In this document: positions 24,885-36,800 of the stretch, piece after piece
How positions within the stretch are numbered: position 1 is the stretch's first letter
How the letters are laid out: each line of letters begins with the position of its first letter
Assembly: GCA_905178155.1 (NCBI GenBank)
Contig: CAJINV010000003.1
Coordinates: 4,561,863-4,625,862 of the forward strand
Source of the DNA: Amoebophrya sp. A120
Lineage: Eukaryota > Protista > Dinoflagellata
Reading direction: 5' to 3'
DNA length: 64,000 nt
The notes under the pieces: generated by a model
What the model saw: the letters and a program-made list of their open reading frames with translations, nothing else
Told to the model about the DNA's origin: nothing
The model's database searches: none
Made by a program: the position numbers and the translations under genes

Positions 24885-27083
24885 ATGATGGCGCCACGAT
24901 TATCAATGTGTGCAAACTTGATGATCCCGCTTGGGATGGTCGTGGGCGCACTGGCCGCCGGTGTTGTGCAAGGAAGTTGGGCACGGACGCCCGGGGAGTT
25001 GCTTGATCGACCGCGAATTCGGCTTCGGGGGAAGCGGCCTCTGATCCCGTCGCTGGGCCGCGTAACCAGCAAATTTGCACAGAAGCGCGCGCTTTTCCGG
25101 CGGGAAAAAGTGGTGCCCTGTGATTCGAGTGAAGCGGAGCAGGAAGTGGATCCTACGAAAATAGGAAAAGGCTACAAGATTCTAGCGGGAGAAACAGAAA
25201 ATCTCAGTGCAGCAGAACAGCCGCTCGAGGACACACCAGACAACGCCCCCACGAATGTGCTGGAGTGGGTAACTACTATTCGGAGCGAAGCGAGTACCGG
25301 TGCCGAGCAGACACGGGCTCTCATTAAGCTCACCATTTATCTAATTCGACACCAGATATTTCCCGACGGAGCAGCAAATCAGTGGTCCGCAGCGGACGCG
25401 GGTGACGTGAACTTTCGCAGCGAGCGTGTGCTAAAATTGCAGGGCTCTTATGTGCTTCCTGTGCTGTGTGGACTCGACGACGCTCGCTTTGGCCCGGACG
25501 CGACCTCGGAGGACGAGAGCTGCCTCGTTGAAGACCACCATTGCAGTTGCTCAGAGGCTTCGCAATCCAGCCGTGCTACATGTGTCGAAAGCAAAGGAAA
25601 GCACTCCCAGAGAGGTGCTAGTAGTCGAGATGAAAGACCAAGTAGCAATGCACGCGCTGCGCATTTATTTGCTCCTCCTTCTCCTTGTGCGGGAGCAGCA
25701 CCAGACCAGCCTAGCAAAAGATTGTCAGAGGAGTATTGGGCTTCTGTAATATTTGGTACCGGCAACGCGAAGAATACAGAATTAGGCGCATTGTCCGGCG
25801 GTGAAATGGAGCCAATCGCCTTTTTAGATACGGAGTCGTCTCAGTCTCTTTCGGGTGGAAGAAGCGAACTGGACCGTATGCTGGGTTTTTTCGCGGCTAC
25901 TAAAGTCGGGAATTGCGCCCACATGACCTTGGCCGCCGCGTACATATTGGGAGCGGTGCTGCCGGAGGGCGTGCAGTTACGCCGCACGTTTTTGAACGAA
26001 GAGAATCTGCGCATCGCAAAGCGGGAGCTCAGTGCTTCCCGGCATGCTGCGGAAGCATCTAAAGGCGCCAAGGCTATCCGAAAAACGGGTCGAATCGGCG
26101 GTACAGGGCGTCCTGACACCTGTGCGACCGAGGAGAAATGTGATTTTTTCCATCAAGATTTTCTAGACGACCATGTGTGGCTGACCGCCATTCCCGGCTC
26201 CCTGCGGTCCTCTCGGGCTCGAGGTTTGGCAAACGCACTCATCATCGATCCATGGCCAGTCGATCAGCAGAGAGCAGATCCGGGCATAGCGTGCTATCCC
26301 GCTGCTTGTTCCGCTTCCTCAGGGTTAGAGCCGAGCGATGTGGCTGGTATCGCCTCTGACGGGGCACCAGCGCTAGAGAAAAGCGCGTTTTCGGATCTGC
26401 AAGTGCACTCCTTTGTGACCGTACCAACACCGGCGCGAAGCCCACTGAAGGTATCAGGCAAGCAAGATTCATCTGGTGCAAAAATACGACCAGTAGGGAC
26501 GAGAAGCAGATGCACGACACCGGCACCACTGGAAGGCTGCAGCCAGGTAATATCACCGTTGCAAGTCGTGGATTACTCTCGCTGCACAACCGCTAGACCC
26601 GCTCGCTTCAGTTTACGGGAAAACTTCACTGGCATTAGGGCTTTGCGAAAGCTACTTCACGAACGCAACGCCACGGCCTACCGCCAGGCGCGTGACAACA
26701 CGTGGCAGGGCGTGCCTCGGTTGCGAAACCCGGATGCCGTGCTGCACTTTTTAGCTTTGCGGGGCACGCAAGCGGGGCTGCAGGCGTTGATGCGGCGCAT
26801 GAGTCCCAATTTTCAGGCAGAGCTGCAGGGGTATAAGTCGCAGTTGGAGCGGGAGTTTCCGGCCTGGAAACGCCGAACTTCACAAGAGCAGCTTCGCGTG
26901 CAAGCGTCGCGTTTGGATACGGGATTTCCGCCGTACTCATTCCGCAACGCCCGAAAGGTGGTGCCTCCGCACGGGGTCCAGTACACTCTGACAAATGGCC
27001 GCATCGGAGGGTTAGTACCGCTTGGGTACGCTGACAAAAGCGAAACTCAAGAGGAATGGGAGGGACACGGCCATTGTTGCTAG
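24885..27083 (+). CDS. Intronless, putatively secreted Cys-His-Asp (transglutaminase-like/HopX-like) enzyme, 732 aa
   Basis: Hydrophobic N-terminal signal-like segment. Motifs GNCAH (Cys 25914), DDHVW (His 26172) and LIIDPW (Asp 26247) occur in the expected order. Confidence 0.65.
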   Translation: MMAPRLSMCANLMIPLGMVVGALAAGVVQGSWARTPGELLDRPRIRLRGKRPLIPSLGRVTSKFAQKRALFRREKVVPCDSSEAEQEVDPTKIGKGYKILAGETENLSAAEQPLEDTPDNAPTNVLEWVTTIRSEASTGAEQTRALIKLTIYLIRHQIFPDGAANQWSAADAGDVNFRSERVLKLQGSYVLPVLCGLDDARFGPDATSEDESCLVEDHHCSCSEASQSSRATCVESKGKHSQRGASSRDERPSSNARAAHLFAPPSPCAGAAPDQPSKRLSEEYWASVIFGTGNAKNTELGALSGGEMEPIAFLDTESSQSLSGGRSELDRMLGFFAATKVGNCAHMTLAAAYILGAVLPEGVQLRRTFLNEENLRIAKRELSASRHAAEASKGAKAIRKTGRIGGTGRPDTCATEEKCDFFHQDFLDDHVWLTAIPGSLRSSRARGLANALIIDPWPVDQQRADPGIACYPAACSASSGLEPSDVAGIASDGAPALEKSAFSDLQVHSFVTVPTPARSPLKVSGKQDSSGAKIRPVGTRSRCTTPAPLEGCSQVISPLQVVDYSRCTTARPARFSLRENFTGIRALRKLLHERNATAYRQARDNTWQGVPRLRNPDAVLHFLALRGTQAGLQALMRRMSPNFQAELQGYKSQLEREFPAWKRRTSQEQLRVQASRLDTGFPPYSFRNARKVVPPHGVQYTLTNGRIGGLVPLGYADKSETQEEWEGHGHCC

Positions 27084-27612
27084 AAGCTTTGATCGTACAT
27101 CCGCACCACTCAAATGCATTTGTTCTTTCCTGTGCAAAGTAGAAAATTGCTATTTTGAAACTCGATCGCTACTTATACAAGCAGATACCAAACTTTATTT
27201 GCCGGTGTATTTGAACTGCAGCTTGCTGGCCGTAGAGGGTGTTCACGTTCAGCGCATCGGGATCGCCTTCGAAATTCCAAAATCCGAGCGTGAGACGCAG
27301 CTTCCAAGATCTTTTTAACACGTGTACGCGCAGCATCTTGTTCTGCAATAACGCGAGTAGCCCGTCGCATGTATGATCAGCCTGGCATTTCTACATCATT
27401 ACACTCATTTCACCATCATTTTTTTCTTCAGTGCTTCGATCGTGAGTAGAGTAAAGTTCTGCCTGAGGTACTAAACCTCTCCAGTTTGATAAATATCACC
27501 CCATAGAAATAGACGACTCCTCTTTCGCCATTGGGTTTTCAGCTGAAGATCCAATGCTGTGTATGATAAAGTGTCAAGAAAAGAAATAGATCGGTACCAA
27601 CATCAAAATACC

Positions 27613-28868
27613 ATGGCGACCACCATTTCGGAAAGCCCGAGCCGGCGAGAAGAAAGTAAGCGACTTCCACAGCTGTTGCGGGATGGATCCCTGGCCGATT
27701 GCGTGACCGCGGGTAATGCGGTCAGCGGCATCTGTGCCATCCTCGGGTGCATGTATGCGAGTAAGGAACATCTCCGGGACGTGCTCACACGGAAAAACGA
27801 CTCGGTTTTCTACACGGTACCGGAGCGGGACCTGGACCCGGCCTGGGCGCTGCGGGTCGCCTTCTGGTTTCTCCCCCTCGGGCTCGTGTGCGACATCATG
27901 GACGGCTTCGTAGCCCGGCTCCGGAAAGCCAGCAGCCCCTTCGGTGCGGTATCGTAAGGAAAAATCCCCCCTCCCCATATCGGAAACGGAAGACGCGCGA
28001 ATTTGTAATGCTGTATTTGAGTACACAAATCCACTTGTATTGCTAGAAGGCCAAGAGACGAAGCTGCGGCCTAAATTGCAGGCAATCTGTCATGCTGTTT
28101 CCCACGTCCAGTTGCCTCCTGTCATCCTGGAGCTGCAAGGCTTTCCCTCGCTAGACAGCACTACAGTCCGCATCTTTTGCCTTCTAGCATCACAAAGCTG
28201 ATTTGTGACCACAAATCTGCATCACAGATTTCCGTTTTGATATGGGGAGGGGGCATTTTTCATTGTAATATGCGGACTTGGATTCCCTCGCGGACCTGGT
28301 CACCTTCGGAGTTGCTCCCAGTGTGTTCGGGTTTGTCTTGGGCCTTGACGGGGGGTGGGACGCTTGCTGTCTGCTGTTTTTCTTGCTGTGCGGCGTCGCG
28401 CGGCTAGCGAGGTACAACGTCACCGCCTCGCTGCTCAGCGATACGAAGACTGGACAGGTCTCCTTTTTCCAGGGTCTGCCCATTCCCGCCTCGTTGTGGC
28501 TGTGCTTGTTTCTCTACATCGATTTCGAACTTTCACAAAAGGATACCAGCACCAACTTGGCCTCATCCGCTGCCGCTGGCCAAGCAGAAGAAAGGATCAG
28601 TTTCTTCGGGGGCGCCGTCCAGTACTACTCTGAGGGTGCGGCCCGGAGTGCCGAGCATTTCGGGCTAAGATTATTGCGCCCGGTAGTGCGAGTTTTCGGT
28701 TCACGACTGCACTTATTCTCTCTGTGCTACCTGGCCACCGGGTCGGCACTCATTTCCACGTTTCCTGTGCCGAAGCCAGACCTCAATTGTCAGAGGCGAA
28801 AAGACACGCTACCGCAACGAAGCAAGAGTGCACAGAAAAGACTGGAAAAACACATTGGAAAGCTGTAG
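27613..28868 (+). CDS. CDP-diacylglycerol--serine O-phosphatidyltransferase (PssA/CHO1 type)
   Basis: The CDP-alcohol phosphotransferase motif DIMDGFVARLRKASSPFGA|DLDSLADLVTFG is reconstituted on removing 27950-28275. Also ADCVTAGN, ARLARYNV and FFQGLPIP. Confidence 0.9.
27950..28270. mobile_element. MITE-like introner, family D (321 bp), TSD TGCGG
   Basis: Imperfect TIRs tatcgtaaggaaaaatcccccctccccatatcggaaacggaa ... ttccgttttgatatggggagggggcatttttcattgtaata. TGCGG at 27945-27949 and 28271-28275. Confidence 0.92.
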
Positions 28869-29223
28869 ATTGTAAGTACCCTTGCATCGAAATCGACGAA
28901 TGTTTCTTGTCTTCTCATTGCATAGGAGGTCGCGAACATGATCAAATGCCGACGAAATACAAATTGTAATCAAGGGGAAAAATTGAAATTTCTTCTCTCC
29001 AAGATACAGATGAGTGTTCTCATGCCGGCGGTCCAGCTTTTCGCTTGTTGTATGTCCTTGCGTGTTGCAAGTAGGTTCGTTTTTCCGTAGAAGGTGTTGC
29101 GCGTCGCATTCTTTTTCGTCCCCAGGAAGAGCCCAGCTTTTTGTTTGATAGAAGCGCTCTTTTGTCGTCCTCACATTCGCACCCTTCGAATTAACATGAG
29201 GAAAGGCGCACTTGTTCGTACCC

Positions 29224-31335
29224 ATGACGATCGGAGGAGCAGGAGCTTCTGCGTGTGCTGCAAGAACCTTCCGGGTTTTGCTCACCACTCGCCCTTGCCT
29301 GCAGCCCATCGTCGTTCGCGAAGCACGAAACATTGGTGCCGCCGCGGACGCGTTTTTGCAAAACTTTGCTGTGGTGCACGGGATTCTTCCAGCGGTGCCG
29401 CGATCCGCAGAGCGAGTGTCGCTTCTGTTGGGCTACCGAAGACAGGTACAAGACCTCACCGAGCTGAAACAATTTCTTCAGGACCTCTTTGCATCGCAAG
29501 AAGTGCGAGAAGTACTGAGAATGCCACCCCATGCGTGCTTCCTACCTGGATCATCCGGTGGAGCTGGGAAGAACTCAACCGCTGCTACCGGGAGCAAAGC
29601 ACAAAAGTACGCGGATCTTTGGCGGCCACTCAGTGGCACTTTCTTCTCTCCAGCGATCGTTCATCTGCGCCCTTCTGAACAGCCATTTGCGACGAGGACC
29701 GAAGAACATGGCGTTCAAGCCGTCGTGGGTCCGACCGATGGCGAGCGTACGCAAGTCTTTGCGGCTGCGGGACTGCGGCTGGCCGGCGAGAATAAAGACG
29801 AGGCTCTCTTCAGTGGAAGAACTGTGACAGTTGAGACCTCGGTCGTCAACCGGTCGAACTTGGCTCATCGGGATCGCGTTCGCAGTGCGGCCGAAGAGGT
29901 TTTGGAACCAAAATTTTCCGGCGGCAGCGCAGGGCGAGAGTGTGCAGCATTTCCTGGGACATCTGGCAGTCTCCACGTCGACGTGGTTGGAGACGAAGAA
30001 AACATTGTTGTCGTGTCGTGGAATCCTTTCGGCGTGGTGTGTCCGCGCCCATATTCGCTTGCTGAAGTTTCGGAAATCGGAGAGGGCAGTGCTTTTGCGC
30101 GGCCAACGACGAGGACAAGCGTATCAGTAACTGGATCATCCCCTTCCCCGCGGCGCGCGCAACAACCAGATGATGTTCGCGTAGCAGCCCCGCATTCAAC
30201 TTCTAGGGGCAACGCGGCGTCCGGGCCAGCAGGATCGTCAAGAGCGCAGATCCGGAGCACAGAGGAACGTAGTAGAAGCTGGGATTTACGGGAATTATCG
30301 CAGGCGAAAAACGTCGTATCAGGCCTGGAGGCTTGCAGCTCCCGTCCCTCGTCCAAAGTGAACTTCGAGCACCTCAGATCACCCGGCGGCGTTTCTTGTA
30401 CCGTGGTCGACGAAGACGAGAAAAAGGATGGCATAGGGAGAACGTACGTGCGACCAAACTCCGTACAAATCATAATTCAGAATGCTGTGGAGCGGGACAG
30501 GGAGGACCGAGTGCGACCATGCCACGCCGCCGCCTGCCTCCAGGCTATATTGACGGACTTGCGAGCTGGAGCCCCCGAGGCGAACTCGGACGAGACAGCT
30601 CGTGACTTGACTTTCTGGGACCCCTATTGCGGCAGTGGCATTTTGGGTGTCGAGGCCCTGTGCCTTGGTTTCGACCGCGTTGTCTGCAGCGACGAAAATC
30701 GCAACAACGTGTCGCGCGCAGAGGAGAGGCTGCGCAAATTGGTGACTTTTTCTAGTGAGCAAACGGAGCGGCGCAAAGGAACGAGCGGAGACGGGCATGA
30801 TTGTGATTTTTTCAACTTAGGCAACCGCTTTCGGGTGGAGCATGCAGAGACCGGCTTCGCAGTTTTTCAAGCTGCGAGCCCGGTGGTATTCGATACTTCC
30901 GATCAGGATACAGCTCAGAGCACGACAGGCCAGCAAACTTCTGCGAGCATCCAGATGCTACACGCTCCGCCTGCGGCAGTAGAGCCTTTGCTCAGTTCGA
31001 GCCGTGAGAAGACCGTGATACTTTGTCGGTTGTCCCAGTACCGGGGCCGCGATGAGGCCTCGCGCGGGGGGGAGAACGCGAAGCTTGCGCAGTTGGCCTG
31101 CATGTGGGCTTCGTACCCTTGGCGAGGCTGTTATTTTCTTGGCGACGGCCGGTTGCGACGCCACTTTCCCACAGCCGATAGCGCGTCGCTGCTGTCCTTT
31201 CGAGTCGGAAGAGAACAGCAGACTTTGTGGAAAGTACACAGCAGCTGTAGCCTGCCCGTAAAAGCGGTCCTACAACGTCAAACGTTGCAAAACATGCTTG
31301 ACGTGGACCCACCTCTACTATCCACCGATGTCTAG
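29224..31335 (+). CDS. Divergent SAM-dependent RNA methyltransferase-like protein (RlmL/THUMP-associated UPF0020 type)
   Basis: RPCHAAACLQAIL...FWDPYCGSGILGVEAL...VVCSD resembles the LAAAIL...LLDPMCGSGTILIEAA SAM-binding region. Single exon. Confidence 0.6.
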   Translation: MTIGGAGASACAARTFRVLLTTRPCLQPIVVREARNIGAAADAFLQNFAVVHGILPAVPRSAERVSLLLGYRRQVQDLTELKQFLQDLFASQEVREVLRMPPHACFLPGSSGGAGKNSTAATGSKAQKYADLWRPLSGTFFSPAIVHLRPSEQPFATRTEEHGVQAVVGPTDGERTQVFAAAGLRLAGENKDEALFSGRTVTVETSVVNRSNLAHRDRVRSAAEEVLEPKFSGGSAGRECAAFPGTSGSLHVDVVGDEENIVVVSWNPFGVVCPRPYSLAEVSEIGEGSAFARPTTRTSVSVTGSSPSPRRAQQPDDVRVAAPHSTSRGNAASGPAGSSRAQIRSTEERSRSWDLRELSQAKNVVSGLEACSSRPSSKVNFEHLRSPGGVSCTVVDEDEKKDGIGRTYVRPNSVQIIIQNAVERDREDRVRPCHAAACLQAILTDLRAGAPEANSDETARDLTFWDPYCGSGILGVEALCLGFDRVVCSDENRNNVSRAEERLRKLVTFSSEQTERRKGTSGDGHDCDFFNLGNRFRVEHAETGFAVFQAASPVVFDTSDQDTAQSTTGQQTSASIQMLHAPPAAVEPLLSSSREKTVILCRLSQYRGRDEASRGGENAKLAQLACMWASYPWRGCYFLGDGRLRRHFPTADSASLLSFRVGREQQTLWKVHSSCSLPVKAVLQRQTLQNMLDVDPPLLSTDV

Positions 31336-33838
31336 ACTCAGCTAGTTTTTCGCGGCTCGCAGAAAACATGCGCGTAGTTCTTGTGCGCTAGTAGTGCTGA
31401 ATCAATGTACCGTTATATACATCTAACGAGCACCGTTTTTTGTTTCTATATGGCCCGAGAATTCGAGGGAGACTGCCGCACGAAGGCAGTGCCCATAATT
31501 TGTGAGAGGGAAGATTTGTTTGAAGCAACACTCACCGGTTGGTGCGGATACTGTCGTGTTCGTGGTTGTTTTCTGAGCCGATTTTTGTGTAGGTATCTAA
31601 GATGCATATGGCTCATGAGATATCCACAATCTTTCCGTTTTCTGTCGAGTTTTCATTGTCTTTTTGTTCAAAACGGAAACGACTGTCAGTGCCTCGTGTA
31701 GTAGAACCATTTAGCTACCCACAAGCCGCTCCCAATAAATTTGCTCCAGAAAAATCGTGACAGTTGTAGAAGATTTAAGCGTGTGCTGCCTAGGATTTGG
31801 CATTCGCCGCAAGCAGTCCTCTCGTGGATCGTCGCTACACAGCTTTTTAGTGTCTGTGTGTAAGTATGTGTAAGTATATTTTGAATGTGGTCTTACCGTT
31901 TTTAGTTTCCTGATCTATTAGCGCAGCTACCTCCACCAGCTGCCGCTTCGTCGTGGTGTAGAAAACTCCTGGAACAGAACGTGCGATTTCTGATGTATTA
32001 ATTGTGGCTGCTCCTGCTGTATTACCAAGCTACTACTTATTTACATTTTTTGTTTTGCAAATCGACATAGAAAAAATATGGTTGTCCCCGCGCTTCTGGG
32101 ACTCAGCGGGTTGGGTTACTTACAGTGGAAGGCCGGAAAAGATATCCTTGCTGAAAACGTCTTCAGATTTGCGATGAGCAGAATGTGTGCTCTGATGCGG
32201 ATTCGATTGAGAGCCGCTTTCACATAATGTTTGGGGATAATGCTTGCTCAGTATGTTGAGAAAATAGCTTCGTGATGAGGCCGTACGGCTAGCCTCGATG
32301 ACATTGTAGGCAAAATTTTGCTGTGTGCATACCGCAGTATTTCAGCATCCGGGTCTTGATGCATGTCAGTCTGCAGAAGTCACATCGCTGCCTAGAGGCT
32401 GGGGACGTCTTCAAGCAGGATAAAGGACCTGAATGCGCTAACCGATGGACAATCGCACAGTCCTTTCACATTTTGGGCCGGACTGTCGCTTGGAGGCCTG
32501 CTTGGAGTGTGGGTAAGAATTTTTGCCGTGTTTGAAGCGCATTCCGACGATTTCCTGCAGTGTGAGACACGACGTAAGTACTCAGTGTCCGATCAGTGCG
32601 CATACATCTTCAAATTTAATGTCGCATCCTAATCTACTTGATCGATTCCGTTCCCATTTTGTAAACAGGTGTACCGTGGCTCTCTGGTCTTCGAAGTAGA
32701 AGTAGATTCGACTAGATGATGCGTGCTTGTGAATCATGCAGAATATTAGCGCGTTTTAAGACAACAACGCACTGCAGGTGGGAACAAACTATGGACCAGC
32801 CATTGTACGCGGCTACCAAGCATGTGAAACATTTCTCTCTTGGGTGGTTCCTTTCGGGTTTTCCGGAGACGACAGTAATCGCAACAACGCGGACGGCGCC
32901 CCTCCGAAGAAATAATCAGCATGTTCTGGATTACCAGCACAAATCAGAGCGTTACACATAGCATAATCGTTCTTGGTGACCTACTGATGAAGTATGGTGC
33001 CCACCGCATCCACACCTGTCGTCGAAATTTTTTTCTCGAGAATATTTGGTCGTCTCTGCAAGCGAATCATGCACAGCGTGGTCAAAGTGAGCGCTGATAC
33101 AGCATACCATCGACTGCGAGAGTGCACCAGTTGCGCGGAGCTAAAATGCCGTTTCAATGTCTGTTCTGAAGTCTCCTTCAAATAAGAAGAAACTTGGGTA
33201 CTGGCGTTACAAGCGCGCACCTGAGCGAAAAGACATCTGTTGTACAGAATGACAAGGCATCAAGGGTTGCAATTATGCGACTGCCGCGTCCTGGTCCAGT
33301 GCGTTGGGGAATCAAGGAGCACAGAAGTGTAGACAGTTCGTATACAACGCACAACATTCATCGTTATTTTCCTGATAGAGATTTGTTGTTGTTCCGATCG
33401 CTGATTCCATGAATTTCGTTTCAGATTTCGTTTGCGGGTCGTCCATCATGCATTTCGCAACCAATGTCGAAAACTTCCAGGCAACGGGACGAGCACTCTA
33501 CTAACGACGCCGCTCCTTCGGATGCATACTTTCGTGATGTCACTCTTCCTCTGTCGTATTCTTCGGGTTCGTATCGTTCAGGATGCTCGTTTTGGTTTTT
33601 CTCCCTAAGGTAAACATCGATACATTGTTGGCTGTCTTCGTAGACCCTCTAGGTTAGATGGAAAAAACACGTGCTCTGCTGGTTGTAGGCCGGCCTAGAG
33701 AGCATTACCTTTTTTTGTTGACGTCGTGCTACAGTTAGTGCATGTATTGAGAATTAGAATTTATAACCAAGAGACTACATCGCACGCTTTGATTTTGCAG
33801 GAGTCGTGAGGTTGTTTTTCCTGATTCTGGTAGCCAGG

Positions 33839-36800
33839 ATGCCAAGGTGCCTCAAAGTGGTCGCGTTGTTCTGCTGTGTTGCACAGGCCATCCAAGAACG
33901 GAAGGTGCAGCGGCAGCTCGAGGCGGAGCAAGATGCGAACTCGAGCTACCGCGGTTCTCTACCTCCGCCGCAGTTTCAAGGCCAAAACCAACCGACGTCT
34001 CCTGCGGGTGTGTCACCGTCTGTGCCTCCGGCGGCGTCCAATTACCAGGGTTCTCTGTCTCCGCCGCAATTTCAAGGCCAACAGACGTCTGCGAATGCGC
34101 CACCGTCTGTGCCTCCTGCAGCGCACTACGGGAGTGCCGCGCCGGCGCCAACTGGAACGCCACCTACTGGGGCTTCTCATGGTCATGGCGCTGCACCCTG
34201 GATGCCGATGGCGCAGAATGCCATGCGTTCTTTCGGCGACATGATGCAGAATTTTGTTCCTCCGCGTCAGCAGGAGCAACACCAGCCGCCGCATCATGCG
34301 ACTCAGCAGCAGCACCAGTCGCACTATGCGACCGAGCAGCAGCACAAGCCGCACTATGCGACCGAGCAGCAGCACCAGCCGCACTCTGCGCCCAGCCACT
34401 CCACCGCTGCTGCTCCTGCCGCGCTTCCGGAGACAGCCCCGGCGCACTACACTGGCGCTGCAGCACCTGGTTTCGATTCGCCATCTCAGCCGGTCAAGCG
34501 CGAAGAAGTTTCGGCCCCCAATGACCCGTGGGGTGTCAGCGATGAGTCCACCTCGCAATTTCACAACGCATACGTGGTGCAACAGCCTGAGCCGCAACAG
34601 CATCCGCCGGTCGACGTGTCCTCCACGTCAACCGCACATAATGAACCCCCGCAGCACCACGCTCTACACCATGCGCCAGAAGACCTACAACAGCATCTGC
34701 AGCAACATGGGCCACAACTCCAGCAGCACGCACACCAGCTACAGCAGCTGCACGGGCCACAATTCCAGCAACACGCACAGCAGTGGCATCAACAGGCCGG
34801 GGGCCACGGACTCCCGGTCTGGAACTTCCCTGGTCAGGAGCAGGAGGTGCATCAAGAGCCGTACTATGGTCCGTCCGAAGAGCAGTTGCCGACACCCACG
34901 GAACGTCCACAGCAAGGACAACAGGATGTGCAACAGCTGCAGATGGAACATGCGCCACCAGTGCAACACCACGAGTTTGCCTACACACACCAGCCCATGC
35001 AACCTGCGCCACAAGTACAACGTGTTCATCATGCACACCAGCCGGTGCAATATGCGCCACAGCAAGTGCAGCAACATGCTCCTGCGCATCAGCTGGTGCA
35101 CGATACGCCACCGACGCACCAGCACGCACAGGAAGGACAGGTGCAGGAGCATATGCCACAAGCACCCCCCGCAGCCTCGTTCGGTGATCAGTTGGGCTCC
35201 TTCATGCGCAACTTGCATAGCAGTCTCCCGCCGCAGCAGCAGGCGCAGTTTCAGCCGTTCGTGCAAGAACTCCAGCAAAAACAGTTTTTCGGGCCCACGG
35301 GGCGCGAAGGCGGAAAGTTTCTGAGCGAGAAGGCCATACCTGCAATGGGGGAGGCAGTTGCGCAGACTGCGGCAACTTTTCTCGGCTCCGATCCTTTGCG
35401 AATTTCGGCCCTGGACGAAATGAACATCGTGTATCAGTCACACCAGGAGCTTTTTGCGAACGCAACGAATCTGATCAGCGCCGCCGAGCAGACCGAGGGA
35501 GGACTCGATCGCATTCGCGAGAATGTGATGCAGCGGGTGCGGGAAGCTTTTGACGAAGTGATTGAGAAGGTGAAGTCGCAGTTCGCCGGATTGCTAAACA
35601 CGTTCGTCGAAAGCGACCGAAGCCTTACCTTCCGGACGGAGCTTGCCACAACGATGTTCCAGTACCCCAGTGATGACGCTTTCATCGATGACATTCTGAT
35701 GGACACGACACCGCTGGAAGTGATGCAGCAAGCGAACATTACTTCGGCCGAAGAGTATGCGAGCGCGCGTCAGACGGCATCCAACACGTTCCAGGATGCG
35801 ATGCAGAGCATGTCTGAGGGACCCGATGGTGGCAGCCACGAGAATGTCGCGCACACAGCTGTTACGGAAAAGCTTGCGCCCGAAGGCGATGACGTTATCG
35901 TGCAGAAGCTCGGCTTCAAGAAGGACGGAAACCAGGTGGAAGCCTTTCTCAACGACGTCACAGCGGCACAGAAAACGTACATGAATAGTGAGTGCGTTCT
36001 GTATTATTTTTTAACGCTCTCCAATAACGGCCTGGCGCTGGTTAACATTTTTTTCTTGCATTACGAAAGTACAAGGTTCTACGGCGATGAGGTTTCGTTC
36101 CGCCTTTGGAGAAACGTGACGGCTGCATAGAAGCCCAGATGATCAGGTTGAGACAGATGAAATAGTACATTTCTACTTATTATTTGTTAACATGATCTGC
36201 TCAGCTGCCTGTGACTTAAGGTTAAGACGTATGTTCTCCAGGTTTATGACCGACTTCAAGCAGGCGGGTGAGTACTTCGGAGGCTCCGAGATGGCCACCA
36301 GTGACTACATGTACGACGCGAAGCATCGAATTCTTCAGCGGTTCCAGGGTGTGGTTCAGTCAGCGGACAAAGTATTTGTGGTTTTTTTCCTGACACCCTA
36401 CGGAGAATAGTATTATTTCCAGTGGGGATGCATGTACTAGTCTTTCTCTTTTGCATGATCATTTCTGTCGCCATCCCATCCTTTTTCTTGGCTTCGCATA
36501 CAGATTAAGTACTCTCGATTTTTTTTTTCAACCCCACAGGAAACGCTGGCAAAGATCATGGTGATGCCGAGCGTTCTGCACCACCCCCACGTCTATGCAC
36601 TGCAAACACAGGCATTTGGTTTTGTCATTTGATTATGTCGCTCGCAAAAAAGAAAATGAAAAGATACAGAGGATTTTCTGCTGGTGGTTTTTCCCAAACG
36701 CTATCTATCATTCCAGTTCTGATAGATTGCGAATCCATATTCTCCTGTGTGATTCATGCTATTTTCTCATGTATGTGACGGACGCGTTGCCATTCGCCTC

